Made by a program: the position numbers and the translations under genes | Assembly: GCA_026770705.1 (NCBI GenBank) | Contig: JANJGN010000034.1 | Location: 3,844,001-3,908,000 of the forward strand | Direction: 5' to 3' | Length of the DNA stretch: 64,000 nucleotides | DNA from: Isurus oxyrinchus | Lineage: Eukaryota | In this document: positions 13,150 to 26,362 of the stretch, one piece after another | How the letters are laid out: each line of letters opens with the position of its first letter | Numbering within the stretch: the stretch's first letter is position 1 | The notes under the pieces: model-generated | Told to the model about the DNA's origin: nothing | Seen by the model: only the letters and a program-made list of their open reading frames with translations | Database searches by the model: none

Positions 13150-13383
13150 AGATTATCCTAGGTTTTCGAAATTACTGCTCGAAATTGTAGCAGTGGCAGA
13201 AATTCCCAACTCATTTAAAACGTGCCTGGATATGAATTATAAGGACTATAAACTGCAGGGCGATGGTCTCGTGCTGAAAGTGGGATTAGGCTATGTGGCT
13301 AGTTTTTTTGGGCAGCACAGATACAATGGTTGAAGTGGGCTCTTTCTTTGCCATTAAATACCTATTTTTCTATGATTCTATGG
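13150..13383 (+). mobile_element. CR1 3' end with octamer-like tail
   Basis: aagtgggattaggc...ggcagcacagatacaatggttgaagtgggctc...ttttctatgattctatg. Confidence 0.62.
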
Positions 13384-13899
13384 CTTACCTGAATCAGACG
13401 GAAGAGTTTTGAACAGGTGTCTGCAGAGCTAGAGGATATAATTGTCCTAAGCTCGGACAATTCCTAAAATCTGGCAACGATGTAAATGTTTGAAGACACC
13501 GAAGTAGAGAGGCAAATTAACTTAGGGCTGTATGCTATCGGCTACATTGCCTAAATATGTCATTGAGAAGTGCAGATATGCGTCCTTATGGGGGTATCTG
13601 TAGAAAATTTAAAACAAAGCAGCTCGAGAGAACCATCCAATTCCACAAGTATTCATGAAAGGGACATGGTGTTTGTAAAAAAAAAAAAATTATTCTTTGA
13701 TGATAAGGAAAGCACTGTGAGAAAAAAAATACGAACGAGGTGATATAGAATATCTGGATGCTCAAAATGCAATCGAAAATGTACAACATACATATTTGCT
13801 ACAGGGGGCAAGAACTCATGATGTTGAGGTATCACATAAGCATGGCTAGAAGATTTTTAACGAAGGGGAAGTATAAACCTGTAGAAAAATTAATGATTT

Positions 13900-14960
13900 C
13901 CACGTTGGCAAATTTTAACTTGTGGAGAGCCACAGGTATTGATGCAGGAGCATCAACGAATTAGGATCTATATTCATGACTTGGATAAAGAGATACAATG
14001 TATTGCAGCCAATTTTCCTGTGAAAACTAAGATAGGCAAAGAAACAATGCATGAATCATAGGCAAATGGGTGTAGGGAGCAGAAACACTACAGATCGACT
14101 ATAAGGTGTAAACTTGAAGTTACATGCTTTGGTTAACATAATGTAAAATTAGAATGTCATTCAACTGAGGAGATATTCCAGAATTATGTGGTGCAGGTAG
14201 CTTTGCTTGTGCTTGTATATGATTCATGATAAAAGTTAGCATGACATTACACCAATGCATTCGGAAGGCAAACTGACTGTTAACTTGCATTGCAAGGCAC
14301 GTGGGGTGTAGGTGTCAGAAACAAAAACAGGAACAGAAATAGCATTAAAAACTTAGCAGATCTGGCAGCATCAGCGGAGAAGAGCACAGTTGACGTTTCG
14401 AGTCCTCAAGAACATAACACGGTTTTGGTGTCAGCATATCTTGCTACAACGGTACAGTACATTGGTGACCCTGCACAACGAACATTGCACAAATTTGTTT
14501 GTCCCCGAACATAAGGGATATATTTGCATTTGCACCACTCGATTAATTCATGTCATGAAGGCGTTGCTTCTTGAGGAACTATTGAGCAGGTTTGCTCTAC
14601 AATCAATTGAGTTGAGACGAATGAGTGTTTGTTTTTAAAAATACAACATATTGAGGCAGGCTGGACAAGATCTATGGTAATAAGTATTTCTCCAAGTGGG
14701 GGAAGAAAGAACTGGGAAAACATTTTCCAATTGTGCTGTCCCCTGTTCAATACAGAATTGAGGGTGAATTTCTTCCAGTAAGAGTTATTATTCTTTGCAA
14801 TAATCTAACGCAAGTAACAATTAGTTAGATGTCATCGAATATCCTCGTATTTCTTACAGTAGCAACTAGCTTTTGAGCAACAGGAAAAAGGAAGGTAGGA
14901 ATGGAAGGAGCAAATGGAAAGTTTAGTGCTTGCATGGCAGGCAGCGTAGAACAAGGTAAA
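13900..14960 (+). mobile_element. Decayed CR1 RT/3' fragment interrupted by a Penelope-like terminus
   Basis: KFxxxTKIG-like (aattttcctgtgaaaactaagataggc), IRKAN (attcggaaggcaaac) and NFFxxRV (aatttcttccagtaagagtt) remnants. Confidence 0.55.
14317..14415 (+). mobile_element. Short Penelope-like terminal repeat (shark-type)
   Basis: aaacaaaaacagg...aaaacttagcagatctggcagcatcagcggagaagagcacagttgacgtttcgagtcctca. An older copy lies at about 11135-11225. Family assignment is from memory. Confidence 0.55.
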
Positions 14961-17929
14961 TACCAATCAGAAAAAAAGAGGCAGCGATAATGATGTAAGC
15001 ATTTTGCACATGATACCAGGTAAAGATGGCTGTAGAATGATGAGCCTAAACGTGAACAAATCATTGTACAGCTTTTCTTGAATTCGATTGGATCTCTGTA
15101 AAAAAAATGGATAGAATGGCGAAAAAAGCTGGCTAATGCAAAAAAAAAATAAAACAAACGAAATCTCTGGATAATATTTGAGATTCACAGCATGCATAAT
15201 GTTTGTTTTTGCACCATTTGGTGCTGTTATCTGAACATAGCTTTCAAATCAGTAAGTCAAAAACTGGAGCCAAACTTTTGCAAGAAAATCTGGGAAACTG
15301 TTCCATGCCATAATGCCGGTAGGAGGTTTGAACTCCCTCTCACCAACAACATTTTATTTTTAAACGTCACGTCAATGCTGAGCTTTTAGCCTGTGATTGA
15401 CGAATTCATTTTAACCACAGGCTTCTGGGATTTGAGACCTCTCAAATTATAATGTAACACACTCGAGGTGCTCGATGGTCTGCACCTGCTGCTATGGTCC
15501 TAAGCCTCTTTGCAACCACCTTTATCTAAACAGGTAAACATATACTCTGAAGCATCTCGCCTGCTTTAAATATCTAGATCCTTCTTAGCTCTAACACAGC
15601 TGCTCGCTGCAGCTGAACGTCGCTGTGTCTATTACTTTATAATAGTCTTTCTCGGTCTCTGTTATGCCTCATCATTATGATAATTATGGAGTTGACACTC
15701 ATTGGGCTGGTTGGGTGCTCAACAGCCAGTGAACGACTCGCTGGCCTTCCCAGCAGGGATTGATCAGCTTCACTTTAATTGTTTTCAAGGAGTATTCTAT
15801 AACCCTGAATGCAGCAGTGCTCTGATCTGGGATACCTCCATACGGCTTTGTTAAACTGTGGTCATACAGCTCACACTTCTGTAACAGCAATTATTTCAAA
15901 TCGGTTTCTCTAAATGGTTCTGCTTCGGATTAGAAGTCCAAACCAACACTGTCATTTACATCATCAGAAGAAAATGCTTTCTTAGTTTCGGATGAAACGG
16001 AGCAGTTCATTAAGGGCAGAGTAGAATCTTTCCTTAAAATCTATATTTGAGACAAGAGTCATGGCATAAAAGCTAATGATGGGAGCATATTGGTTATGGC
16101 TGAGTTGTAGGCGGGACGTCATACACCTTTTATCCATCCGATAGCAGAGTTTTGGCCTATTCCAAATTAAACATCAATCCGTGGAGAGGAGGTTCCATTT
16201 CCACCTTCCTATTCCATTTGAAAGTATGCCACGCAATTTGTCCCTTCTCTTGCTCCTGCTACATTGTGAGGGGGATGCCAATGTGGATTCCTGATAACTA
16301 ACATAACACAATTGCAGTTGTTCTGCAGGGTGATCACTCTCAGGTTTATCGATGAGCATTCTGACAATGCACGTTGCAAAATATAGAGTTTAATTTGCTT
16401 GGCAAATAACTATGATGATACAGCTCAATATGGCTCCCCAGGCAGAGGGGAGAAGAGCGCATATGTGTAGCGTACCTTCCCTGGGTCCTTCTATATCACC
16501 GTAGACGTGTCGAACAAACGTCTGCAACCTCTGCGCGGAGATTTTGTCTGAAGACTCCCCGTTGTAGATTCCTGCCCCGGCTCTAATCCTCGGAAAACAA
16601 GAAAACAGTCAATGGCATCATTCCGCTGTGAAATATATCTGGTGTAAAGAATGTGTGCATTTATGAATGGGTGGGGTTGCTGAACGTGAGGCTTCTTCTT
16701 CACACTGGGCTATTCATGGCATTCGATTTGCTGTTGTAGCCAGATGCATGTTTATTTATTTTTTTGCTGGCGCTTCCAAAGGAAAAATTAAAAAAAAACA
16801 ACCTGCTCAATTGTTAACTCCTGAATGTTATTAATTGGGATATTCAGTGATTTGTATTTTGGTAGGAATGAAGGAGAGATGGTTAGTATTCTTCCTTGCT
16901 AGAGATATTTACTGCCTGGCATTTAGGTCGCAAGAATGTGACATGTTGCTAAGCAGCCCAAGCTTTTACGCTGCCCAGAAGATTAGCATTAGAAAGGGCA
17001 TCAGAGTCAATGAATTATTTCACAGCTTTAGTCTAAATTTGTGGAATTATTTGTGTGACAACATATTTTGTCACACTGTCAATAGCACATTTTGTTTCAG
17101 TAAGGCTACAGCTAAGATATCTGTTCAGTTGTTGGAAAATGCAAGATCATTACACTCTGGTTAAAATACATATACCCCCAAGAACAGAACGAATGGTCAT
17201 TTCCCAGGTACTGTTTGTCACTGAATGTGCTTTGGACGCATGTAATGTAGACTGTCTTTCTACGAGGATTCTTCTATGCTGTTTATCCAAGACCCCCACT
17301 GAGCATGACTTCACCTAGCCTCAAATAATGGCCTAAAAAAGATTCGATCAATCCATGCCTCAAGGAAATGAATGTTTTCTCCTGTTGATTAGAGCTGACT
17401 TTATAGGAAAGAAATGTTTCGTGCCATAATCGGTCACCAGCCTGCGTTTTTTTTTTACAATCTTGCTCTCCATGAAATTCTATGGACAGAGGTTTATCTC
17501 GAATTTTGCTAGTTTTTTTGCACAACTAAATTGCAAGGAATCTTATATATTCAATTGCTGTGAAGGAGAGATTAGTTTCTATATATTGCTGACATTATTG
17601 CCTTTAATTTTGAAAATATCCATAATTCAAGGCAACATTTTCCCGAAGCAATTAAGACACGGTGGCCTCTGTGCATAGCTTGGTTATTTTGTATGTAATG
17701 ACGTATGATCATACAGATTTGAGTACCTGCGATGTCATTGAAGTGTTTAGCTCTTACTTATGAAACGCAAACCCGTCTGCCATTTGGATGAAGTTTGAAT
17801 TAGAACAATTCATACTTTTCAACAACTGCAATGTCGATAACAGTTCATTACAAAGAAGGCCCACTCGGGTGACTGTCATTGCTTAGTAACTTCTAACCAG
17901 AACATATCAAAGCCAATGCTTCAATATAG

Positions 17930-19200
17930 CACAGTAAGAAGATTCTCATGACAGTTAATTTAAAATCAGTTAGCGAGGTACTTAAACTTCTCCTGTTAAT
18001 TATCAAGAAAATACAATACCCGTATATCCAGTGATCCTTAAAGCATGTTTCCGTTGGGGTACACAGACTGGGTCATTATTGGAGGGTTGCACATCAACAT
18101 TCACACTTTAGAATCACTTTCAAATTTTGCATTTCAAGTGTTTATGATGGAGGGAAGGCTATCGATGAAACAAATGGAAGTAATTGTGCTGAGGACGCAG
18201 CCAAGGTATATTCACACAGTGATGGTACTCAAATAAACTTTGATCTAAGCATATCACCAGTGAAAGAAGATTTTTCCCCTGGTGATCTCAACTGACTTTA
18301 AATGCACTAGTTTTTTTTTTTCCGGATTGGAACTTTGATGTCAAGCTCAGTGACTCTCACGTCAATTCTGAGTTCTGAACATTCACTCAATACATCTAAT
18401 AAGGAGAGGTGCCGCTAATCAAGTGGAATAGCAAACAATGCTTTCTGGGCACATTGGCAGTTGAGCAGCTTGATGTGGCCGATGCACCTGCCATGCTGCA
18501 AACTTATCTTGTAAGGCGAATTCAAGGAATAAAAATATAATCGCTGTACAAAATTTTACTCAGAAATTTCCACTTCATAGGAATATTGATAGCAACTTCT
18601 GACACCTTGCAGATGATTGAAAATCGACCGATAGGCCGGCAATGAGTCACGATAGATATGTCCTTTTTTAGTTTGTTGAGAAGGCTTATGTCTTCCATTG
18701 CCAAGTTGTCACCAAAATGTTTATATTGCTAATTTACTGGTGCAGCTGAGTTAGTTGTAGAATTATTTCTTGGGCATAAATCTTCAGCGTTCTATACAGA
18801 GTGCTATATAGCATCCAATGCCTCCATGCGGCTCATGACGTCACGAGGAGTGAATCAAATTGGCTGAAGATTATCATCAGTGAATTTCTCAGCTTTAAGA
18901 GGAGATCGAGATGAATTATCTACACTTCTCTGAAGTTAGTTGTGAAAGCTTCATAATTTGCAGTAACATGCTATGCTTTAACCATTATGTTTGAAGGACA
19001 TATTCTTGGATATTCTCTGCCGGCTACATACTTAATTATCTCCCATCATGCACCACTAGATGAGATAGGACTACAAAAACTGATCTGATACACTTTTTGT
19101 AAAATCATTTACTCTGCCCGTGGCTAGCTACTTCTAACTTTTAGCATGGTTAGAGATATTTTTCATAAATTCTACTGAACATAATATCCATAATGTTGTT
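17930..19200 (-). mobile_element. Decayed family-B LINE RT fragment
   Basis: Reverse-strand remnants of RPIxxxSIIxKVxE (ccttgcagatgattgaaaatcgaccgataggccgg) and LDIK (ctttgatgtcaag). Confidence 0.55.
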
Positions 19201-19399
19201 GCTTTTGACGTTAAATAGGTTCATATAATAGATTCATAAGGGACAGTTACTCATACATTTTAACGAAGTGGTTACCAGACATCCCTTGCCAGTTTAAATT
19301 AGAGGAAGGGGAAAAATCGAAGTTTAATGGATGAAATGAAATAACAGGGAAAAAAAAAGAAAAAAAATCATTCATATATCTTCCAAGATATTTCCTTAC

Positions 19400-19426
19400 C
19401 GGCGTCTTGAAGAAGCTTGTCTAACA
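19400..19426 (-). CDS. 27-nt micro-exon A3, (V)LDKLLQDA
   Basis: ggctttattgaatttacag|TGTTAGACAAGCTTCTTCAAGACGCCG|gtaagg. Near-duplicate of A2, 18.3 kb away. Confidence 0.92.
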
Positions 19427-19904
19427 CTGTAAATTCAATAAAGCCTTTTTGAAAACAATCAACATAGAAATCAGACATCATACAATATTTTTTGGGCGGA
19501 ATCTTGTTGTCCGCCAGATTATCCCTTCTCCTTCCTAAAACATTCCAGTGATTTAAACAGAGGAGCATATCGAGAGCACCCTGTCACATTTATCTTATGT
19601 AATGCCACCTGTTGAGCAACTATAAGCCAAGATGATTCTGAGCGTAATTTGTAAAATGTTTCCTCAGATAAAAAAAAATGTTACAGGCAATAATAAATAA
19701 TATCAAATAATAGCTGTGATGAATTTACTCAATTTGAATGAGTCACAGAATTATTTGGTCCTATTTTGATTTCAAAAGGAATTTCCATGAAACTGCTTGT
19801 TTCAGCCCATGGCTGTTCTTATCAATAGTATCAAAACCAATGTAAGTTCTGTTCTTTCAGGTCTAACGCCTGCATTTTGAGAGCAATTCTTAATTCCATT
19901 CGAC

Positions 19905-19978
19905 GGGGAGGGGGAGTGGGGCAGCGTGTGTGTGTGTGTGTCGGGGTGAGGGGGGAGTGGGTGGGTAGCGGGGTGTTG
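19905..19978. repeat. (GT)8 microsatellite embedded in G-tracts
   Basis: ggggagggggagtggggcagc(gt)8cggggtgaggggggagtgggtgggtagcgggg. Confidence 0.8.
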
Positions 19979-20688
19979 GATTTGACACCGAGACTGCTAG
20001 ATGCCACTTCAACACTGAATCTTTCTCCGCACTTTGCATGTTGAAAGTCAGGAGACTTGTGTATTACTTATCTTTCGTTTGCGTGGGACAGTCATAGCAG
20101 CAGTCTTCAGGAAAATGGAATGTATCCAGCAGGGGGCAATTTGTATCCTTCGAGCCTCTCTCATCAGCTCCAAAACCTAACCTCTCTAACAAGATGTGTT
20201 TGCAACAGAAACAATCTGCAAAATGCAGCATTGCAATCAGGCACCTTTCTTTCCGCAGCACCCAAAGGACATTTAGTGTGAAGGATGATAATTATGTTAA
20301 TTTGCAAAAGTGAAGTGAATGTGTGGATACCTGATGCAGGTAAGTTTTCTGCGAATGTTACAAACCTTGAAAATTGGATTGAATTTCTAAAGAAATTTGT
20401 CTTTGATCATAATCTGTTTTCGCAGATTGGAAGTTCAGCAGTTTAAGGTGGAAGACTTCTCTATTATATCTTTCCCCTTGCGCATGCCCACTATGTTTTT
20501 TTTCTCCACCACCAGCTTTGGAGATTGAAATTCGAACACGAAGCAAGTCTGAAATCAACAAGCTTTGCACATCAGTCAATGCAGTAATCCTAACATTCTT
20601 TTCCATTGCACAATGCAGGACTGCCATTAATAAAACAGACAATTCGCCGGTCGAGTCGTCCCTTTAACAAATAATCTCAGAATAATAC

Positions 20689-20715
20689 CTGCATTGTCTT
20701 TTTTCTCTGGTCCAG
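20689..20715 (-). CDS. 27-nt micro-exon E3, (A)GPEKKDNA
   Basis: cacttattttgtataacag|CTGGACCAGAGAAAAAAGACAATGCAG|gtatta. The K(D/E)NA end is shared with E2. Confidence 0.8.
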
Positions 20716-23099
20716 CTGTTATACAAAATAAGTGAACTTTTACATAATGTCAGCATTGAGTTGCATGTCGACTCTAAAAATGTTAATGCACAATTTAAAG
20801 AAAGAGACCCTAAATTGGGGGATGATTTAGACAACAGAAAATACATGGAGAAACATATTAGTAAGTAGATAAGTTAAATAATGAGTTGGCAGTTGTTTTC
20901 CTGTGAGCGGCATTTTCTTCAATGGCTGATATTCTACCTCAACAACTATTTTAAAGCAGAAACTCATGTCCGTTGAAACCCTAAAGTAACAAAAAATGTA
21001 CCTACCATACTGTTAATATGCTTGATGCTGCAATGTTCACAACTTGGTCCGGTAGTTAATTCAAACCATTCAGAAGAGCTGACTGTAGCAATGTCTCCTA
21101 CTCTCCCTTCTGCCTGGCGGGACTTATTCTGAGGTTTCGATCCAGTATTTAATCAGCATTACATTTGCTCCTCTGCAAAGCTGTTTGTGAAAGCTGTTTG
21201 CTCCGCTTAGTTTACATTTCACTCTCTAAACCTCAATGTATGAATCTATTTCATTACCATCTGATCACAGGACTATTTTCTGCTTCAGCAACACATGTAC
21301 AAAACCTTATGTCCAATGTTTCCCAGTTAATGATATCCTCCATTAGAAATGGACACCCAAAATACGTATAAAATTTCGAGTGTGGTTGTCGACAAGCTGC
21401 TTTCAAATACAGCACGTGTTAATTTTTCTTGTATTTCAGTCCCATTTAATGAACATAAACATGACTTTTGCCTTTATGATTACAATCCGGTTATCTCTAC
21501 TCCACGTTAGAGTCCAAAGAATCGTTTTGAAGCATAGCTACTAAGTATATTTATGGTTTAATAAACAACGTTATTTCTTAGCTATTTTCATATATCTTAC
21601 TTATTATTACTTAATACTTTACACACCATGTTGGCAGTTACAAAATTTAGTTTGGAATTCCTTTCTATTATGAGCGCTGTTCCCCAGCAGTTGTTTTCCA
21701 GTGATACTCCTGATTAACTTTGTTTCATTATGCAATGTCAGATCTGAAATAGTTCTATGTCTTGTTTTGTCTTGAATGTAGTGCTCTGGTAATCTTTCGC
21801 CAAGGAATTCATAGTCTCATGCTGTAGCCTGTCTTTGGCAACGCTACTCATCTTTCTATTAGTCAATTAAAGTCCTGCATGTTTAGTCCAGATGCTGGAA
21901 GTCAAAATCCATTATTTTTTATTTTATTCTCTTTTCGAAGTTATAGGTACTGTGACTAAGCCTAGAACATCCTCTCTGCAGCTTTCCCTATAGCCTTTAA
22001 GTCCTAAATTCCACACATAGTGTTTCCACAGACTTAACCTCTGAGCCAAGTTCTTAATTTACGACTTTCACTATGTCAGATTTTAATGGCAGGGCCGCTA
22101 ATCTTCCTTTTCTATTTCGTCTGTCTTTTTGACATGTTGACCGCTCTGAAATACATGTGTCCCAATCTTGGTCACCTTGAAACCACATATCCGTAATGGT
22201 GATCATATCAAAGTATGTGCCTTGCTTGTCTAACCTTTTTAAATCATTCTTCTGACATTCATTTAACTAAAACTTAGTTAAAGTTATTCACCACTGTACT
22301 TTGCATGGAGCTTATTCGCAAATGCACAATCACCAATGTCAAAATATGTGGCAATATATGTCATTCCATGCAACCTCCGCCTCATTCCTGAAAACGTTAT
22401 TCTGTTTGGAAATTTCAAGCCTTAGTGTAGACTATGAAATATAACGGAACCATTTTAGGGATTTTTTTTTTCATCGAGGAAATAATTGAAAATCCCCAAA
22501 GACTGGGGTGAGTCCTTAGCTATGTGACCACACAATGCTGAAAATTATAATTTCCGATGGTAGAATTCACGTCAGGATACTTCGTTGGCAACAGGCAGAG
22601 GCAAAACACATGAATCAGAAACGTGTACAAATCCCCAAATAACTTGTCTACCAGAAACATGAAGGAGCACCGATCCTGGCGTGGCAGATGCAGCAGATCA
22701 CACAACAGTGTTATCAGCCCTCTTAGAGTACAGCAATCAAAATGGAGGGTAAACAGCTACGATGTTGAGGAACCGCCTTAGAAGGACAAGGCTATTCCCA
22801 TTAAACGTTCTGTCCTTCACGTTGCGAATGTATTTGCCTTTTCCAAAGTAGTGCATTGTTCTGCAGCTTTGATCTGCTGATTTCTAACTCCCCATTCGCA
22901 TCAAGACTTCTTCATGTTTCCCTTATTGTAATATTGAGATGCATCCATGTTGTAAAATTCAGCTGTATCCAATATTGTCTTATGAAAATAATTTGAAAAG
23001 TTGCGCAGTATCTCCATAATAAAAGCAATACAAAATCATTGCACGGCAGGTACCTTGAATTGATTAGATTTTTTTAAAGTCTAGTGTTGTCAAATCGAC

Positions 23100-23780
23100 G
23101 TTTTTAAAATGGACCAGTTGCAGAGTAACGTTCTGGTCTTTGAGGGCATTTCATGCTACATGGTGCCATCTTAGAATGACGCCACTTGCCTTAATGTGCC
23201 CCTGCCAGATACTTATGAGAGCAAGTCAACTAACACCCTCCCACGTTCATTATGCTAATTTTCCATTTTTCTTGGGAAACATAATGAAATGCACTGCCAC
23301 CACAGTCTCACGCAATTCATCTCAGCTTGCAAACACTCATTGCATGACATATTCTCTTCATGAAGCCTCTGATGTGCTTAATTTTCCTTGCCCGCTCTCC
23401 ATTATGATGCATAATGGTATCTGAGGTTGGTCAGAATACAATGCCCAGTATTTTGGCAATTTCAATGTTTACACCCCTAATTATCCTCTGATGCAACCTA
23501 TTCAGCACTGAATAGTTATCCAACTTCTTTATCAATTCATAGTTTGGCCAATGCCCGAACAACCTCTTCCTTCCTACTAAAGTCTTAGAATATTTTCCTT
23601 GCTCAAGATGAATGGACCTTAAGCATTTAATGCCTCTGCCTTGCCATCGAGCTGATGAGCAAATCATCTTTTTGATCCGCAAGTGTTCCTTTTCCTTCTA
23701 TGCCCTCATCAAATTACTATCCAGATGCCAATAGAGAAACTCTGCATTATCTTTGTGCCTGTCAACATTCTGACAGTCTC
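23100..23780 (-). mobile_element. Decayed CR1 ORF2 fragment
   Basis: Reverse-strand CR1 motifs (ttttccattttt, cccctaattatcctc...ttcagcac, ttccttttccttcta). Confidence 0.42.
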
Positions 23781-25982
23781 TCGGCAGCTATTCTTATTTC
23801 CATTCCCTGCACCCTCAACTCGCGCCAGCCCGCTGAACTTCAAAAAAAAAAATTGCCTGTCATTTGTTGCTGCCAATTTGCATGTACAAGTTGAGATATA
23901 CATCAATGAAATTTATCTTTCCTCAATTATTTTAGACGTTCTAACGGCTGGTTCACCCTTGATTTTTCCTCAGTGCTAGTATCAACCTTATGATACTCTG
24001 ACCACCCCCCACCCCTGAAACATTTCCCAACTGGCAATTGATGCAAAAGTCAGAAATCTTTCAATAAACGGATCCAGCAATGTCCCATTGATCTTAAAAC
24101 AGCAACAAACAAATCCTGAACATTCTACCAGATCTACTACATCAACTATTAGTACAATTATTAACTACTGTTCTAGTTACACAACAAATGCTGCTTCACT
24201 ACTTACTGTATTTGTAAATTTGCTCACCTACATCTTTCCCATGGGTAGCTCCCCCATATAATGCACGTGATAGTTCAATTCTAACTCTAATTTTTTAATA
24301 ACACTATACAATTTGAAATTCATCTCTAAAGTTGAAAGCCACTCTCTGTCTAACTTTCTGTCATTTTATTGTAAATATGTATTTCAAAACGTCGTCCTTT
24401 ATTTTCTGCCATATGACTTCTGAACATGCAAGTATTCATTAATGTTTGCTGCACAACCCTGTCCCTTTTTGTGCCAGTTGGCGGTAATCACCAACGTAGC
24501 AAAATTCTCAAGTGGATACCTGAGCCAGCAATGCACTACCCATATTTCGCTCGTTCCATATATAAAATACATTCATGTTCAATCCAAATTTCGCCTTGCT
24601 ACATTCTGTTATACTCTACGCCACATTATGTGTCTCTTATTTATTCAAGTGCTAAATGTGGGTTTCTTTGATTCTTTCTCTCTGCAATCAGAAACTCATG
24701 AATCAGCTGCAACGATTGCACTGTATGCATCGATGTATTTTATAGGACGTCAATGAAAGTACTCTTTTGTGCGAACTCATTACTTAATTTCCACAGGGAA
24801 CTCAGTATGTTGTGTCATTAAATATATTTTACAGTGAATTTGACAAACCTATTGTTCTAAAACGCAGTCAAGATGGAGGGGGCCAGTCAGGTACCTGGAG
24901 CCCAGGCACAGTCAGTTCAGGAGTAAACTTAATGACTGTAGAGGTAGCTTCTTGCAGACAAATGGCCTTCGGCAGCCTGTAAATCTTATCTTCACATTCC
25001 CCAATTTCAGCTAACTGATAAACTCGAACATTTTGGCGTTACTACCCTTTGTTATTTAATTAATATCCCTTCATCTATTGAATTAAAGGAACAGCAATTT
25101 ATATGTTATTGTCAACTATGCAATATGTAGCAAAATTTCATGTGAAGATATTGATCACGTTTTACTTTACTGTTCATTAATTTTCATGCAATTAATGGCA
25201 TGTTAGGTTAAAAAAGTGGAAATATTTTTTAACCTGGCATCATGCACTTTTGCTTCCTTTTTCTCGTTCAGGCTCACTGACTGACCGGAATACAACTGGC
25301 TTTACGACCCTTCCCTCTTGAAAGCGTATGAGGACTATTTATCTAATGAAAACTTTTGAAGCATTGGAATTGTCTAGCTGGGATGCATAGTCGTTGAGCT
25401 TATTTAAGGCAGAGGTGGTAGATGATTGGCACCACAGCAATAAAGGATATTTACATCGCCATCGCAGATGCAGATCATAAGGTAGAAATTCATACAACAG
25501 ATAAAGATAAACAAAAGTCTTGGTTGTAGTAGTTTTCAATAAGGTGTCAATACATTTTAATTGAAACTATGCAGGTAATGGTTAACATAGAATTAATACT
25601 TTCAAGGAATTTTTTCGCTCAAATCTGTATTTCCTTCTGGCAATAAGCTGATGATCGTGGGGAGAATTGGCAAACGTTGAAAATTGCAAGTACGGGCTTC
25701 TGCTTTTTTTTAGTATTGAACAATCTCATACAGCTAATAGTGTGCATTATCAATAGAAACATTTTGTTATGTTTTCGTTATAAGCCATCCAGATTTAAGT
25801 AATTTTGAAGGGTAAAATTCATGTACTATTGGTTTATATTTCAGTCAGGAATGTGCACTTACCATTCTGTTAAATGTGACAAACAGCATGTTGTACGCCG
25901 AAAGGAAAGAATTCAGCAGGTTTTGCAGAGTTGAGGAAAGGCATCAACTTCACATAACGATATTAACACTAGAATATATTAC

Positions 25983-26003
25983 CTGGACTCGGTCCAACAT
26001 ATT
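25983..26003 (-). CDS. 21-nt micro-exon D2, (E)YVGPSP (helix-breaking linker)
   Basis: catttcttttttgtatag|AATATGTTGGACCGAGTCCAG|gtaata. Strong splice sites, 3n, open in phase 1, 329 nt downstream of C2. Confidence 0.75.
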
Positions 26004-26332
26004 CTATACAAAAAAGAAATGACGCAGTCAGCTTATCATACATGAAAATGGTCGGCATGAATGTACATTCGAAATTCAAAAAGAAATCACAAAAATTGAA
26101 GCTTTGCGAACGCTTGAAGTTTTATATATTTATTCATTATATATATTTACATTTGGCCTGACATTCATTTTAATTCCCTACTACTGAAATTAGTATCAGC
26201 CCATTCCTATAACTGGCGGGAAGAACTATCCTTCTGGGTTGTGCCTTTGCTAAAGTTCAATGTGGATTTGATGTTATACTTGCATTGATGCTATAATAGC
26301 TTGGACTACATTTATTAATTTATTTTCCGCAC

Positions 26333-26362
26333 CTTTTAATTTTTCAGTTAATTTCTTCAGTT
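26333..26362 (-). CDS. 30-nt micro-exon C2, (E)LKKLTEKLK
   Basis: aaccttttattttcag|AACTGAAGAAATTAACTGAAAAATTAAAAG|gtgcgg. Paralog of C1/C3, 6 nt shorter at the 3' end. Confidence 0.82.

Noticed and set aside
19400-20715. KKDNAVLDKLLQD resembles the S100 linker/helix 3
   Set aside because: No EF-hand loop follows, and S100 genes do not have this exon structure.
20260-20866. Plus-strand three-exon model (leader-like MIIMLIC..., LLYKISELLHNV...)
   Set aside because: The apparent polypyrimidine tract at 20695-20715 is the reverse complement of Lys-rich exon E3, one donor is weak, and there is no homology.
23054-23080. 27-nt AG..GT box on the minus strand
   Set aside because: In-frame TAA in phase 1 and no polypyrimidine tract.
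24895-24976. Minus-strand segment reading CRRPFVCKK, like a C-type lectin end
   Set aside because: No upstream WND/Cys framework and the frame stops soon after.
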